The translations under genes were made by a program, and so were the position numbers. The notes under the pieces are model-generated. The model saw only the letters and a list, made by a program, of their open reading frames with translations. It had not been told where the DNA came from and did not search any database. A stretch of 64,000 nucleotides of DNA from Hormiphora californensis (taxonomy: Eukaryota > Animalia > Ctenophora). Where the stretch lies: positions 2,480,001 through 2,544,000 of the forward strand of contig CM035356.1 in the NCBI GenBank assembly GCA_020137815.1, in the 5' to 3' direction. How positions within the stretch are numbered: the stretch's first letter is position 1; the number at the start of each line of letters is the position of its first letter. Positions 12,751 to 27,400 of the stretch are shown here, in pieces.

Positions 12751-13691
12751 TCACATTTCCCCACACTGATCAATTATCACGGGAAACTTTGGCCGATTGT
12801 TAGGTCCCACGGGAACATTTTCCACCTTCCGCACCACCAACATCCCGTCTATCACCTTCCCGAATGCCACATGTTTGTTGTCCAAGAAGTCGCACTTTGA
12901 GCAGGTGATGAAGAACTGGCAGCCGTTAGTGTCGGGTCCACTGTTCGCCATAGAGAGGATACCTGGACCAGTGTGCTGGGGGAATAGGGAGGATATTAGG
13001 GGGGGGGGATAGAGGGTTTTAGGTGGGGTGGGGGGAGAGGATACCAGGACCAGTGTGCTGGGGGAATAGAGGATATTAGGCTGGGGGGAATAGAGGGTTT
13101 TAGCTGGGGAATAGAGGGGTTTAGGTGGGAGGGAGCCGGGGTAAAGAAACATGAAAGAAACTGAATAAAATCAATGTTTAATGCCCCATGATACAGAGCT
13201 GTGTTTCAGGCGGGCACAATATATTACAAGTTGAAAGACAAGTACCTTATTTTCAAAAGACTCATTATCAAACTGCCGCCCGTAGATACTGAGACTACCC
13301 GTCCCGTCATTGTTAAGGAAGTCCCCACCTTGGATCATGAAGTCCTTGATCACCCTGTGAAACTGACACCCTTTAAACCTGGAGGGGTAGATGATTTTAA
13401 TAAAAAGTGAGAGGATTTAGCCTTTGAGGTTGGACATATGGATAGTTGGGAACGCTACCTTCATATAAAATATGGCTAATCAATTTCCTCTAAACGATAT
13501 AATGTGAGTCCAATGAACACTAACCCAGTAGGTACGCTGTCCCTTTTAAACTCTCCAGTACAAAGTTGTCTGAAGTTCTCACTTGTCTTAGGGACACTAT
13601 CTGCAAACAGTTCCATTTTTATCCGGCCTGCCGAGTGGCCCCCGATACTGATGTCAAAGAAAACAACGGGGTTCTGCCCTATCACTGACAT
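12751..13691 (-). CDS. PPIH: Cyclophilin H peptidyl-prolyl isomerase; exons 13691-13525, 13378-13246, 12975-12751
   Basis: [12 protein letters not shown]...[39 protein letters not shown]...[29 protein letters not shown]...[10 protein letters not shown]; PPIH-specific residues and consistent splice phases. Confidence 0.95.
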
Positions 13692-14001
13692 TTTACTGCT
13701 AATAAAATATGGATTTAGTTGAAAAGAGGGTGAAAGAAATGAAGGAATGAGACCGATTGAGTTCGAGAGAATTGTTGTTTTTCCGTACTACTCAAAAATA
13801 AAACACCCAGTTTTATTGACACTAAGAATAACCGTACAAAAACTGTTAAAAAAGAGAGAAAACACGTAATATCCAACTACACAGACACACTATAATATGA
13901 GAGGTAATAATAATTTAAATCTTATCTTTCTTAGAAACAAAATGACGATTTAAAATACATTTTCAATCTCCTGACTCCGTGGGGAAAAAGAAACCCATCG
14001 A

Positions 14002-17000
14002 TTATTCAAACTCGATAATCTTTTGATCCCCATCAACTACATCACCCGGTTTGGCCCATATTTTCTTGATCTTTCCACTCTTGGGTGCCTGGTGGAAGAA
14101 AGGGGGTGAAGATTCTAAGAGGTAGTGCAGTATAGAGAAGGAGTGAGATCGAGAGGTTAAAAAGGGGGGATTTGAAAAAGTATATCTAAAAGATTCCCAC
14201 CTTGAGACTGTTGTTCATCTTCATGGCTACAATAACGGCAACCTCTGTTCCCTCCAACACCTCATCCCCTTCCTCAACAGAGATCATTAGGAGACTTCCT
14301 GCAGAGAGGACATCATCGTGGGTAGTAGGATTGGTAGTATCATACTATTATTAAAGCAAATAGGGAAATGATGGGTGATGGTTTTTTTACCAAATATGGC
14401 ACAAAATTCCTGGAAATGGCCTTTTGCACGTGTTGTCCCTAGAGGGACCCTGGCAACCTGCCAGCTTTCGTGAACATGACTACGTTTCGTGAACATGACT
14501 ACTCAACTTCAACACAATCGCCAGCGAGTTTGGAGGAGCCATATGTCCCAAACTGGCGCTGACGCCTATAGACTACGTGATAGAATCCTACAAAAGAGGT
14601 GATTATTATTCAAAAAATGTTGTCAACACACGTAATGACAAAGTATCAATGGCACTAATAAGAAATGGCAGTAATACGTGAAAGTATTTTGCAAATGTGC
14701 TCCTTCATAAAATACTTCAGGACCTGGCAAAAGAGGACCCGTGGTTTTTCTGTCGAAAGAATCGCTGTGGTTAATTTACCTGATAAATTTACTGATTTTA
14801 AAAATTTCAAATGATACTACACTATTTGCTTAGTTTACTGTATGACCAATGACCATTGACCATCCCCGACATTCGCCCGTAGGGCGAGCGGGCTTACTAG
14901 TATGGGTAATAGTAATAGATGGGTAGGAGAATTAGGGGATGATGAGTTGTAGCTTGATAATTCAGATAATTAGTGCAAATAATTCTATATTATCACTATA
15001 ACATGCACCAGCTGTATGTGAATCACTGGAGAACAGAGTACTAACAGAGTACTAACCGGGCATGGGAGATAGGATAAGATTGGATGTATCAAGAACAGGT
15101 TTCTCGGGCATCATGTCCATGAATTGTTGCTGAAGAGGACTCAGAATCGTCAGCTCCTTCTTACAACAACGATACCGAATTGAGTGGGTCACACCTACAT
15201 TATTATAGAAAGGGGGTCATTAGTCATTAAAATGTCAAAAAAACAGCAACTTAGATATATTACAGAAAGCAAACCAAACGTAACTCAGCAAAGGATGCAA
15301 TCACATTTCTTATCACTTTATGACACTACTAGATCACGTTACTGATTACCGTTGAAATCTAGTTGTTGCACAGTCACGCTCCTTCCATTGTCAAGAGTAA
15401 ACTTTTGAAGTGGCTCGTAGAGACTTTCTGATGAGGGGGTTTGGTTTGGTTTGGTTTGGTTTGGGTTGCGTTGCTCATCTGAGACTGTAAACAGTCACAC
15501 AGCCAAGGTGGGAGGGGGTATTTTTAAATGGATTTTCTAGGTTTTTAGGGCATACGATGGGGAGAAAATATCCACAGGGCCATTGTTTCTAGTTCGTCCT
15601 GCTACAGATACCACCTGTATAATCAGTAATTATTAATTAATTAATTACCTGTGGGTGTGACAGGGACAGTTCCCCCGTCCATTGTCACTGTGTAGCTACC
15701 ATCCTTCCCAACGTTAACTGTCACCTCACCCCTCTCCTCCCCCTCGCCAGAAATTATATACTTGAAACTTCCCTGAACACATTGATTCAATCTTAGCGAG
15801 GGATCCAAAGTCGAAGAAAGCTTAAAAAATGTCTAATCAAAAGGGTAATTAGAAAGTTAATTACTCACACTAGCGCCGGATCGGTTAGCTTTACTATGAT
15901 GGAGTACAGCAAGGGCAGGGAACAGCTCACTGCGCTGGCTAGAACTCAGCTCTGTACCACTAAATCCCTGGGGGTACTCCTCCTCTAGGAACTTAGTGCT
16001 CACATCACCTGTCAAGAAGCTGATGGGGGAGTGGATTAGGAGAGTTATGGGAGTATTTGAGGGGGATAAGAATTGGTTGCAAATCAGTCCCCATCTCAAC
16101 CACAACACCAGTAGCATTGGGGGGGGGGGCGTCACCTTTTTTTGCCCATATTTGCCCATATGGGCAAAACTGAATTTTCAAAAATCGTGGGACTTTGGGC
16201 AAAAATGGGCAAACGTGGGAAAAAATGGGCAAAATGAAATTTTTAGTGTTATATGTCGTTTTTTCAACTCTATAACTTGATTTAACTTATTCAAAGTGAA
16301 AGTGAACAGCCCTGATTTTGATATATGTAACTCGGTCAGAATGGTATTTGGTGTCATATTAGAAGTCAAAAAAATTTTAGTGCTCAAATCCTAAGTTTAG
16401 GATTTTTTAGGTTTTTAGGTTTTTTGGCTTTCATGGGTTTCAGAAACGTCCTAGAACAAAATAAACCCATAAAAGCCTAAAACCTTTAAAAAAATTTTAA
16501 AAATCCTAAATTTACGATTTGACCACTAAACAATTTTTGACTTCTAATGTGACACCAAAGACCATTCTGACCGAGTTTTATCATAATCAGGGCTGTTCTC
16601 TCTCACTTTAAAGAATTAAAATCAAGTTATAGAGTTGAAAAAACAACAAAAAACACTAAACATTTCATTTTGCCCATTTTTGCCCACTTTTGCCCATTTT
16701 GCCCATTTTCCGCTGGGATTATGGGCAATGGGCAAAAAAAGGTGACGCCCCCCCCCCCCCCTAGCATTGTCTCACAAGTCACAAATGACTGCGAATTACA
16801 GCGTGCGCTCGAGTCACAATATTACAGTCATTTAGTATGACAACAAGTTGAAACAATAGTAATCATCCCAGTATATTACTCACGCCTCGTTGCTTAGTAT
16901 TTCTCTCAGTAGGGGTGTATTATGTGTTATCCCATCAATTACATAATCATCTAATGCCCCCTCCATCTTGGAAATGGCCTCTCTCCTAGTAGGTGCAAAT

Positions 17001-20000
17001 GTTACCAATTTGCAGATCATGGGGTCATAGTGGATAGAGATACAGCTCCCCTCCAATATTCCACTATCACACCGCACACCTGGGGGAGGGACTCTAATGT
17101 GACTGTGTTGTTGTGTTACAAGTCATCTGGAGTGATAGAATCAGCCTGATCCGATCAGGTAACAAACTTCCCGTTTGATGATGCTTTAACACGGGACTTA
17201 CCATTATCTGGTGTGTTCTCTGCAAGCTTTAACACGGGACTTACCATTATCTGGTGTGTTCTCTGCAAGCTTTAACACGGGACTTACCATTATCTGGTGT
17301 GTTCTCTGCAAGCTTTAACACGGGACTTACCATTATCTGGTGTGTTCTCTGCAACGGATGGTTCTATGTACTTGGTCAGTAGTCCAATACTGGGCAGGTA
17401 CCTGGAAGATAAAGGGGTTCAATACAAATGATATAGTAGGTCAACTAGAAAGTAGTAGTCACAATTTCCCTTACAGCTTCCCCACCTCCCGTAAGTAAGA
17501 AGTGCAAGAAAAACTATAGTGGTCAGTAGTCAGTACCACCCCACAGACACAGTGCGATGGCACCAAATACCGAGAGTGCTCAATCAACAGAGCGAGATCA
17601 GCGATTACAAAGAGAAACAAGAAGTCAGTCTGACTTTTAATTTTAATTTGTCAGTACCACTCCTGACTCCACACGGCGTGCCTGGTGAAATTTTAACACG
17701 ACCTAGCATGCAACGGGAAACCACCACTTGTACGTGGTAGCTGAGGGTCTACAGAATGGCGCTACGGTGCGGGAAAAAACATTCCATTCCCTAAAATCTT
17801 GTTTTTTACTTTTATTTGATTTGGGTCAAAATTGGCTATATTAAACCTGGTCCCGAAAAATCCATAATGACTTAGCACACGAAATATGTCACCCCTACCT
17901 ATTTTTGCACGTAGAATCGATTGCCGTTGAAGTCGAATCTCTAAAATGACTGTAAAATGGTCAAAAGTTGATTTTTTACCATTTTTTGGAGGTTTTTAGC
18001 CCCTAAACCATTGAAAACGTTGAGATAGGAATTTGAAACTAGTGCCAATCGTTAAAATGGTCATTTTTCTACCAAGAACCAAGTTTTCGTGTATATCCGA
18101 TTTATGGTTAGATTTGGGCAAATTGTTGAAATCTGCCAACTAGGAGAACCGTAACTTGATTTTCTTGTTTTTTGGATTTTGGCATTTTCGACAAACTTCT
18201 GATTGAAATGGTCAATCGGGACCATGCTTAAGTTGTTTATGGGACAATTTTCGACTAAAATCCAAGATTTCATACCAATCCAATAACAGATCGTTGGTTT
18301 ATAGAAAATTTAAGTAGGCAAAACGGTCAAAATGACAACTTTTCTTGCTTATTTTCACCGTTTTGCCTACTTAAATTTTCTATAAATCAACGATCTGTTA
18401 TTGGATTGGTATGAAATCTTGGATTTTAGTCGAAAATTGTCCCATAAACAACTTAAGCATGGTCCCGATTGACCATTTCAATCAGAAGTTTGTCGAAAAT
18501 GCCAAAATCCAAAAAACAAGAAAATCAAGTTACGGTTCTCCTAGTTGGCAGATTTCAACAATTTGCCCAAATCTAACCATAAATCGGATATACACGAAAA
18601 CTTGGTTCTCGGTAGAAAAATGACCATTTTAACGATTGGCACTAGTTTCAAATTCCTATCTTAACGTTTTCAATGGTTTAGGGGCTAAAAACCTCCAAAA
18701 AATGGTAAAAAATCAACTTTTGACCATTTTACAGTCATTTTAGAGATTCGACTTCAACGGCAATCGATTCTACGTGCAAAAATAGGTAGGGGTGACATAT
18801 TTCGTGTGCTAAGTCATTATGGATTTTTCGGGACCACGTTTAATATAGCCAATTTTGACCCAAATCAAATAAAAGTAAAAAAAACGATTTTAGGGAATGG
18901 AATGTTTTTTCCCGCACCGTAGCGCCATTCTGTAGACCCTCAGCTACCACGTACAAGTGGTGGTTTCCCGTTGCATGCTAGGTCGTGTTAAAATTTCACC
19001 AGGCACGCCGTGTCCAATCAGTACCACTCACCTGACGGGGTCCTCTGCGTAGACCCTACACTCCACCGCCCACCCCTTAACAACTCCCCAACAACTCCCC
19101 AACAACTCCCTAACAACTCACCTGACAGGGTCCTCTGCGTAGACCCTGCACTCCACCGCCCACCCCTTAACAACTCCCCAACAACTCCCCAACAACTCCC
19201 TAACAACTCACCTGACAGGGTCCTCTGCGTAGACCCTACACTCCACCGCCCACCCCTTAATTCCAATATCAGCCTGGGTGTAGGACAGGGCCTTACCAGC
19301 AGCTACCTAGGGGGGGGGTTGTGTGTCAGTGCGGTGAACTCTCTTTCTCTAGCTACATCCCTACATCCCAGCCTCGAAGAAGAAGGAGAACTCTTCGGGA
19401 AAAGAGCCCTCCACCCCCTGTTTTACACTGACTACCTAACTCCCACCCCACCTCTCAAGCGCTGGACCCACGTCATATTTTACTCTCTCAACAGTCCCCC
19501 ACGACCCTCCCTCAAATTGGGAACTGGGCCTCAAGTGTTCTTACCCTGAGCATCTCCTCCACAATGTCCACTCCAGTGATGCACTCTGTAATTGGGTGCT
19601 CTACCTGAAATAGGGGGGGGGGGGAACTTTAGACAGTGTAATTGCAGCATTAGAAATGATCGGATTTATGGAGATATACATATATGAACAGTGTGTACAG
19701 AAAGGGGATTAATAAAAATAGAGAGAAATAGAGATAGAGAGGCTAACAGCAATACTGTAGGAACTAATAATAGGAAGCTATTGGGGAAGCTATCATATTA
19801 TTGGGAATCACCCTTCTACATAGCGAGAGAGAAAGTGGGTATGATTATGTGTGTGGCATGTATGTGGGTATCATCATTATGTGTGTGTGTGATTATGTGT
19901 GGGTGTTTGTGTATCATCATGGACTGGAGAGCAGTCCTAGAAACAACACTACACTGGACTACACTGTGGTATACCTGACAATCAAGTACAGACAGAGTGA

Positions 20001-22133
20001 AGCATGTTACGCCTTCACCATACCAGCATAAACATGTATAATTATCTTATTGAATAATACAGTTTTATTATTTCGTTGTATTGTATAATTCTACTCATTG
20101 TACCTGTAGCCGGGTGTTCATCTCAAGGAAGTAGAAGTTCATCTGACTATCCACCAGGAACTCAACAGTACCCGCACTCTGAATAAAGATATACCATGTA
20201 TAATATACCATGTATAATCACCACGAGGAGTGGGGAATAAATATGGTGGGAGCCTTACAATTTATACGCCCTATATGGATAATCACGGGGAACTCGGGGG
20301 AGTGGTTGGGGGTGGGAGTCTTTATACTGGACCCTTTAGGTTGTCATGTTATCAGTTATAATTATCCTTTCAATTTGTCGCGGGGTGCGAAGAGAGAGAG
20401 AGAGGGTCGAGCAAGGCATATTCATATTTACTAACCTGATAGTTGACAGCCCGGGCCAACTGAACTGCTTGCTCTCCCATGGCCTTCCTAACATCAGGCG
20501 TAATGAAAGAGGACGGGGCTTCCTCAATCACCTGGTGGGGAGAGAGATCATTAGAAATCACAGAGAGATAGATAGAAAAAGAGAAAATATAGAAAATATA
20601 GAAAGATAGAAGAAGAGATAGAAAGAGAGATTTAGAGATACATAATATGTTTCAACCTTTTGGTTTCGTCGCTGGATACTACACTCCCTCTCATTCAGAT
20701 AGATACAGTTCCCGTGACTGTCTGCCAACACTTGTATCTCGATATGTCGGGGATTATCAATAAACCTGTCAGAGAGAGACATGAACAGTAGAATCAGAGA
20801 GACATGTTTAGTAGAATCAGTGTTCCAATAGCAAAGTAGTGTTCCAATGAAGCTGGCAGGATATATCATTTTAACAGATAAACAAAAAAAAGAATTACAC
20901 GAGTCACGACTTTGCCTAGCTCCCAGGGAGGGTTAGAACATAACAAGAAGGGCTAGAAGGTAAACAACACATACCGCTCAATAAGGAGTCGATCGTCACC
21001 GAAACTAGCAGCCGCTTCCTCAGAACTCAATTTAAACCCCTCCACTACCTCTGCATCATTCCACGCAATCCTCATTCCCTTCCCTCCACCTCCCGCTGAT
21101 GCCTTTATCATCACTGGGTACCTGGGTGAGACTTGTGATATAATTGTTGTTTACGAAACAACACTTCAACTGTGGTACTTGTTCATTAATGGCTCGACCT
21201 CGTACCCAGATATAATATATGAGTACCAATATAACACTACACAGGTCTGTTATTTACCCGATTTCATTAGCAATCTCTACAGCCCTGGCATCATCCTCAA
21301 CAACACCATCAAACCCAGGGATACAGTTGATACCAGCTTGTCGGGCAATGATCTTACTTTCAATCTTATCACCCATCGCCTGGGAGGGTTTAGATAAAGT
21401 TAGTGAAAGGAGTTTAGATAAAGTTAGTGAAGGGGGGTTTAGATAAAGTTATTTAAAGGTTTATATTCTTTATATCTGGTGATAGTTCACAAACCTGGAT
21501 TGCCTTTTCTTTTGGTCCGATAAAGGCGATGCCATTACGTTCTAGAAGTTCAGCAAACTTGCAGTTCTCACTAAGGAACCCGTACCCGGGGTGTACTGCC
21601 TGGGCTCCAGTGGTAATAGCTGCTTGTACAATCGCCTAGAAGGGTAATGATTATTAGTAACAACACCCTTTTTGTGAAAGCTGGGACCCAGGAATGTGGT
21701 TTGTTGTTGTTTCAGGAAAACTGCTAAGATTGTTGTAACAAACAGTGATAACAATAAAAGTAATAAAACTTGAACAAGAGGAATTGGGTTTGGAGGGACA
21801 TACCTCCATGTCCAGGTAGCTCTCCGAGCTTGGTGCGGGACCCACACACACAGCCTCATCAGCCATCCGAACATGGACCGCTCTATCGTCTACATCACTA
21901 TGAACTGCCACCGTTTTAATACCAAGAGATTGACAGGTTTTCATCACACGACATGCTATCTCCCCACGGTTAGCAATCAGTACCTGAATTATGATGAATT
22001 GTTGGTGTGTTTCCTCAATATAGCTATTCGGATTATATGTCCTTTAATTTACCTTGTCGAATGGTTTAGAGCTTGTTTGGGCAGCAGTTTGGATCGTCCG
22101 TTTGAACTGCGACAAAAGAGCAGTCCGGGACAT
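14002..22133 (-). CDS. PCCA: Propionyl-CoA carboxylase alpha chain, mitochondrial, multi-exon
   Basis: Exons encode a targeting-like N-terminus [13 protein letters not shown], then [87 protein letters not shown] and the biotinyl motif AMKM, with stop at 14002. Confidence 0.95.
14340..14900 (+). mobile_element. Non-autonomous Helitron
   Basis: A|TCATACTATTATTAAAGC 5' end; 3' hairpin CGCCCGTAGGGCG followed by CTAG|T; second copy at 48682-49347. Confidence 0.85.
16120..16761. mobile_element. MITE with poly-G/poly-C termini and 8-bp TSD (TAGCATTG)
   Basis: G-run+CGTCACCTTTTTTTGCCCA...TGGGCAAAAAAAGGTGACG+C-run with imperfect long inverted arms. Confidence 0.85.
17183..17354. repeat. 43-bp tandem repeat (4 copies) spanning a PCCA splice donor
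   Basis: GCTTTAACACGGGACTTACCATTATCTGGTGTGTTCTCTGCAA starting at 17183, 17226, 17269 and 17312. Confidence 0.9.
17672..19012. mobile_element. 1.34-kb near-perfect palindromic element with CACGG termini and 4-bp TSD (TCCA); Chapaev/CMC-like
   Basis: TCCA|CACGGCGTGCCTGGTGAAA...TTTCACCAGGCACGCCGTG|TCCA; mirror ORFs at 18061 and 18411 arise from the palindrome. Confidence 0.9.
19026..19260. repeat. 90-bp tandem repeat duplicating a PCCA exon 3' end and donor
   Basis: CTCACCTGACRGGGTCCTCTGCGTAGACCC... occurs three times. Confidence 0.9.
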
Positions 22134-24418
22134 GGTCAGGGCCTAGTGAAGGGAATAATTAATATCCATTTCTCGAACTAATTGGCTCAACTGTTCACCT
22201 GGGCGACACTGAAAATCTTCTTGGGATCAGGACTCAGTATTTTGTCATCGAATTTGAGTTGGCAAGGTCTGTTTGCCTACACTCCAGTCCCCTTTTCTGC
22301 AGTAGTAACTAGTAGCACGCACTAGGAGACTGCAGTGCATGCCAACGAGGTCTGTAGAGGGAGGTCATTACCATCTGGGGCTTAATAAACTGTGCAATTT
22401 TGTGCACTGCCCACAAAGGGTTCATAATAATGCAGCAATTTTCAAGTTATCGAGAGAAAAAACTTGGCATATGATACACACCCAATCCCAGGAAAAAGTA
22501 GCGCTTTTTCAGAGAAAAAACGAGCGTTTTGAGTGTTTGAAATCTTTCAAAGCAAAGTTTTCAAAAGTTTTTAAAAGTTTAAAAAAATTTTAAGGAATAT
22601 TTTACTTCTTAGCTTCAGCTTGCGCGGCGTAAAATGCGGCGCTTAAAAGAAAAAGTTCGCGCATTGCGGTGAAACAAATAAAATGCAGTGCTTGAAATCC
22701 GACTTTAAATTTACGATCTTCTTCTGTGTCGCTTTTTGGTTTCCATATTTCAAGCGCTCTCCGATTGTTAAAATCACCCTCGACCCCCACCGAAAAATCA
22801 CCCTCGACGAAAAATCACCCCCACCAAAAATCACCCTCGACCCCCACCGGGGCTTGCAGCCCCTGGACCCTGCTTGCACCGCCCAAGGCCCCTGGACGCA
22901 CAGGTACGCGCTGGGCCGAAGGCCCAGCGACGTCCCTGCGATCCGGCATCGTCAAACTTTCCAATTCTTCGATTTTGAAGGTTGGGACCCTGATTTTACA
23001 GTGCGCTCATACTAGATGGGGTTTCGCAAAACTTCGAACTTCGAACTTCAGTGTGTGTCGCGAGGTTGAGATTTGAACGAGCGCGCCCAACTTCAGTGTG
23101 TCTCCCGCCAATAGGATAAGATTGTTTTAGGTAATTGTAGTCTTTTGTTTTTCCCGGTCTCAAAAGGTAAGCGGTAAATGTTCTGGTACATGTAATTTGG
23201 GGAAACCCAATCTGGCGCCACGGACCCCATCTGAGCCGCACTGTAAAAACTTTGCTGGGCATATCCAAGGACTTGAAGTTATTTTAATGATGATCATTTT
23301 TGTCAGATTTAGCTGCTAAACTGTAATGTCGACCAACCAGCTTACTTTTATACCCTGGCTCATAAGAGAGGTGAGCACCATCTGTAGGATAATTTCATCT
23401 TCCCAAGGTTCGACCCAAAATCACATCTGGCATTAAAACTTTGTTTATTCGATGACAACTTCATTCCTCAGGTAGAAGAGAAACATCACGAAGGTTTAAT
23501 CTGGTATGATAGACCTGCAAACATCATACAGATCCCATGGCCCAGGGCTACAGGTATAATATTACACACTCTATTATATAAGGACTGTAAAACTGTTGAA
23601 CTCAGCCCCCCCTCGGCCCTCATAAAATTCATACACTTCAAGGAGGCTTCCTTGAAGTGTATGAATTTTGTGACTCCTGTGTGCATTGTTTCAGACAGTA
23701 TGGATCTGGAAGATTTGGGTGTTATTTATTGCTGGCATAAATTCCGTTATGCAGGAACGGCAGATCAAAATAAATCACCCTCTATCATCAAAGGTCAGTC
23801 AGTGTCCAGTGTCGACGCATAACAGCATTTGGGTACACGTGAATTTAATCAGTGACCATCTAGGTACCTTATACTTATTTCCTACAAATTTTACCAATCT
23901 TATCTTACATAAATTTCTGTAACCCAAGGCCGATATCCACCATCCAACATTGCTATTCGTTGTTTTCTTAGTTAAAGTAACAAACTCTCCCTGTTGCTAA
24001 GTCCGTTTTGAGGGCCTTGGCCTTGCCGCATAATGCGATCCTTAAATATTTGCTTGGTCAGCATGGTATTCACTTTTCCGTCACCTTCAGGAATTTTCCG
24101 AGCCATCACAAATTCAAGGAAAGAAATGACAAAGATATATGATTCAAAGGAGGAACATGTTATCAGGATTCAAATAGGTTAGATTATAATCTAGCCAATT
24201 AGCTAATCGATTAGCTACAAGTTAGTACGTACTGAGAATTAAAATGGGCCGGTCTGATGATCAAAAAGCAGCAACATAATTCTGCCATATATATAAATTC
24301 TCGACCACTTTTTGACAAATTTTGAATGAAATGCCGGAGTTATGGCCATAAACTTCCAAAAACAATGTAAAGAAGTGTTCGAGTGTTTACCGCGATATAT
24401 CCCATCTTCCACTCAGAC

Positions 24419-27400
24419 ATGGAGGCCAGGAAGAGATCTAGTAGTATGGACATAGTGAAACGCCGCGGTGGTTCCATGGACTCCAACCCGCCATCACCGT
24501 CCACCAGTACCCCCACTTGGGCAAGGGGGATCCTCAACAGGGAAACAGAGAATACTTCATGCCCAAGTTAGAGATAATACAAAACAAATTTCAAATTAGT
24601 AGTCGACACATGATATTATTAAAACTTCTTTTTTTCAGTTCACGTTGTAGTATTTTCCCTGGGCATGGTACTAGGACACAAGTACACAGATCTTGCAAAA
24701 CAACCCCTTCTCATTACGAGGTTGGTGTTACCTAGTGTCTGACCGAGTATAAGGTCTAGGAACCGACCGAATCAGGAAATACTAGTCCCTGATTGGCTGA
24801 TAACCAGTCACGTGACCTAAATAACGAGTTCTGATTGGTTGTTTACTTTACTGTTATTTCTTTTTGTTGAAATGATCCCACTCTGCCCTAGAAACTATAA
24901 AACAGTTGTCTGTCTTGCACATATGCTCCCTTTTATCTGTTATCTAAGAATACTCCGAGCAGAAAGATACAATTCTTTCGAATATATGTAGGTATTATGT
25001 GTGTATTACAGTTCTACTCAATGAACGTGTTGTAGCTCAAGCAGAGTGTTCTTATTATTATAGCAGCCATCTACAAATAGTTGTGACTATATTTCGACAC
25101 GGCCATGATCTGCATATAGTATTTTATACAGAGCTAGCAAGGTTTGTTCAAACAGGGAGGGTCGAACAAGACAAGAGGTTTGTCCACCATTTTGCAATTT
25201 GGGAGCCACGCCAAGATAAACAATTGTGGGTATTCAAAACTACAGACTTGCAGTGTTTTGAACCATGCAGTATATCACTCACCAATTGAACAGCTGGCCC
25301 CCAGACTTAAAATCTAACCTTCCACCCCCCGTGGGTGGGAGCCCTTGCGATGTTTATAGGAGTTGATGACCATAGACCCATCCCAGAATTTGGGTACGGT
25401 GCACCCTCTCTTTTTGGGAAGGGGGTAGGAGTTCTCCCCCATCCCGAACTAAACGTAGCGCGCGCGATAACATGAGACTGAGAGAGACAGCGCAGGAGGA
25501 TAGAAGAAAGAGGGGATATCATACCCAATCCCAGAATAATAAGTGAGAAAAAGTGTAATCAGATACTATTTTAGCGGTGAGGAAGTCGATATTTCAACTA
25601 TGACTGCTGAAACAGTTCAAAAGAATTATGGCCGAGGGGCGAATAATGCTGAAAACTTCTTTATTCCTCTGGTTAGTTATCCATCATATTTCAATACGGT
25701 GTTGATTCAATAATAGTGTCGTCTATATCGTCATAGTACCAGGGATTTAACAACTTTCTCATTTCAGTGGAACACTGCCTGTTCAGAGGCTAGAAAGGCG
25801 TTGGACTACTTTCAGAGAGGCATTCTTCTCTCCACTGATAGTAGTTTGAATATTCTAGCACAGAGGAACTCCAAAATCAGAGTAGGTTTCGTCTTCTGGG
25901 TTTTATTATTGGTCAATAGGCTCTTGTTATGCCTTTTATCTTCTGTTTCTAGCATGCTGTATGCGATCATTCATTAAATATTTGCAAAATGAATTAGGCT
26001 GACTACCCAAAAGTACCCAAAAGTAACATCTAGGGCGATCTGTTTTCTGGATCTGTGTACAAATGGTTGAATGTCAGGATGACCGCGTCGCGCGCGATTA
26101 TCTCATAATAATGAAAGTACACAGTTGTCATTGGCTTTGTATCCCATGATGTTGGTAGCGCGCATGTGTAAAACTACCGTGCGCGCCATAATGTACATTG
26201 TACTTTCCGAGAGTACAAAAAATGTATAAATCCAAGATGACCTAACTCAGTGTTAATTTAACTGCTATTTCAGACGTATGTGGGACACAGTAATAGTGGA
26301 CTCTGCAAACAGATGCCACGGTCAGACAAACCTATGCCCATATTCAGCTACATAGGGTTCATTGAAATGGCCGGGTCTGTAAGTTAAAATTGTTTGTTTT
26401 GTGTATGTCACTACTAGATCCAAAAACCAAACAAGTTTGGTGGATAGCCGGGGCCGCAGAAATTAAAAAACGTGCGAAAGTTTTGATACAAGAACTTTCG
26501 GGGCCTGGGGTGCTGTTAAATTCGCGTTTCCATGATTATAACCAATTTAACATTTTCAAACTATACGCCAGGAAAACTAGTGCAATGATCAAACCATTAA
26601 TTTATTCCACATTATCACATGTCACATCCACACATGTCACATATATTTACTGTGCACAGTGGGTCGTTTCAGAGTCTGTTTTACAGAATAATATTATTAT
26701 GATAATAATAGTGTGTTTCGAAAGAACGGCTGACTATCATGGAAACGCGAATTTAACAGCACCCCAGGCCCCGAAAGTTCATATATCAAAACTTTCGCAC
26801 GTTTTTTAATTTCTGCGGCCCCGGCTATCCACCAAACTTGTTTGGTTTTTGGATCTAGTATCAGGCATTTTGTTATACTATGACATGCTGCATGCATTTT
26901 GTAATACTAGCTTAATTTAATAAACGCGGATTGAGGATTCGCAGACTTTTTAAATCGTAGGTACTAGGTAGCCTCATAATAATCGCAGATATCCAATCTC
27001 GGATATCAATCGCGAATAACTAATATCATAGTAATCGCAGACAACCAATTGCGGATAACTTATCAGTTATCAATCCGTTATAAGTTATCGCGATTAGTTA
27101 TCGCGATTAGCTATCACGATTAGCTATCGCGATTAGCTATCTGCGATTAGCTATCCGCGATTGGTTACTATTATATTACTTATTTCGCGACACGTTATCG
27201 TGGTTAGTTATCCGCAATTGGTTCTCCGCGATTAAATCTATGATTTGATTATTATAGTCACGGATAATGATCACGGATAAGCATTAATAATCTATATCTG
27301 ATAAAATCAGGTTCTAGATGCAATTCGCTCTTTTCTCGGTGGTTTTTAAAATCGTCTTATATTTAAGACAGTCATAACTCTAGATATGACTACCAATTAC

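Noticed and set aside
18061-18623. Two near-identical 70-aa ORFs on opposite strands
   Set aside because: Mirror images created by the palindromic element; no coding features.
19010-19549. 179-aa repetitive ORF
   Set aside because: Antisense reading of the 90-bp splice-donor repeat and a PCCA exon.
23270-24110. Possible decayed DDE transposase (MLDGGYRPW) with a 50-bp hairpin at ~23620-23672
   Set aside because: Multiple stops and only one weak motif; cannot be supported without a profile search.
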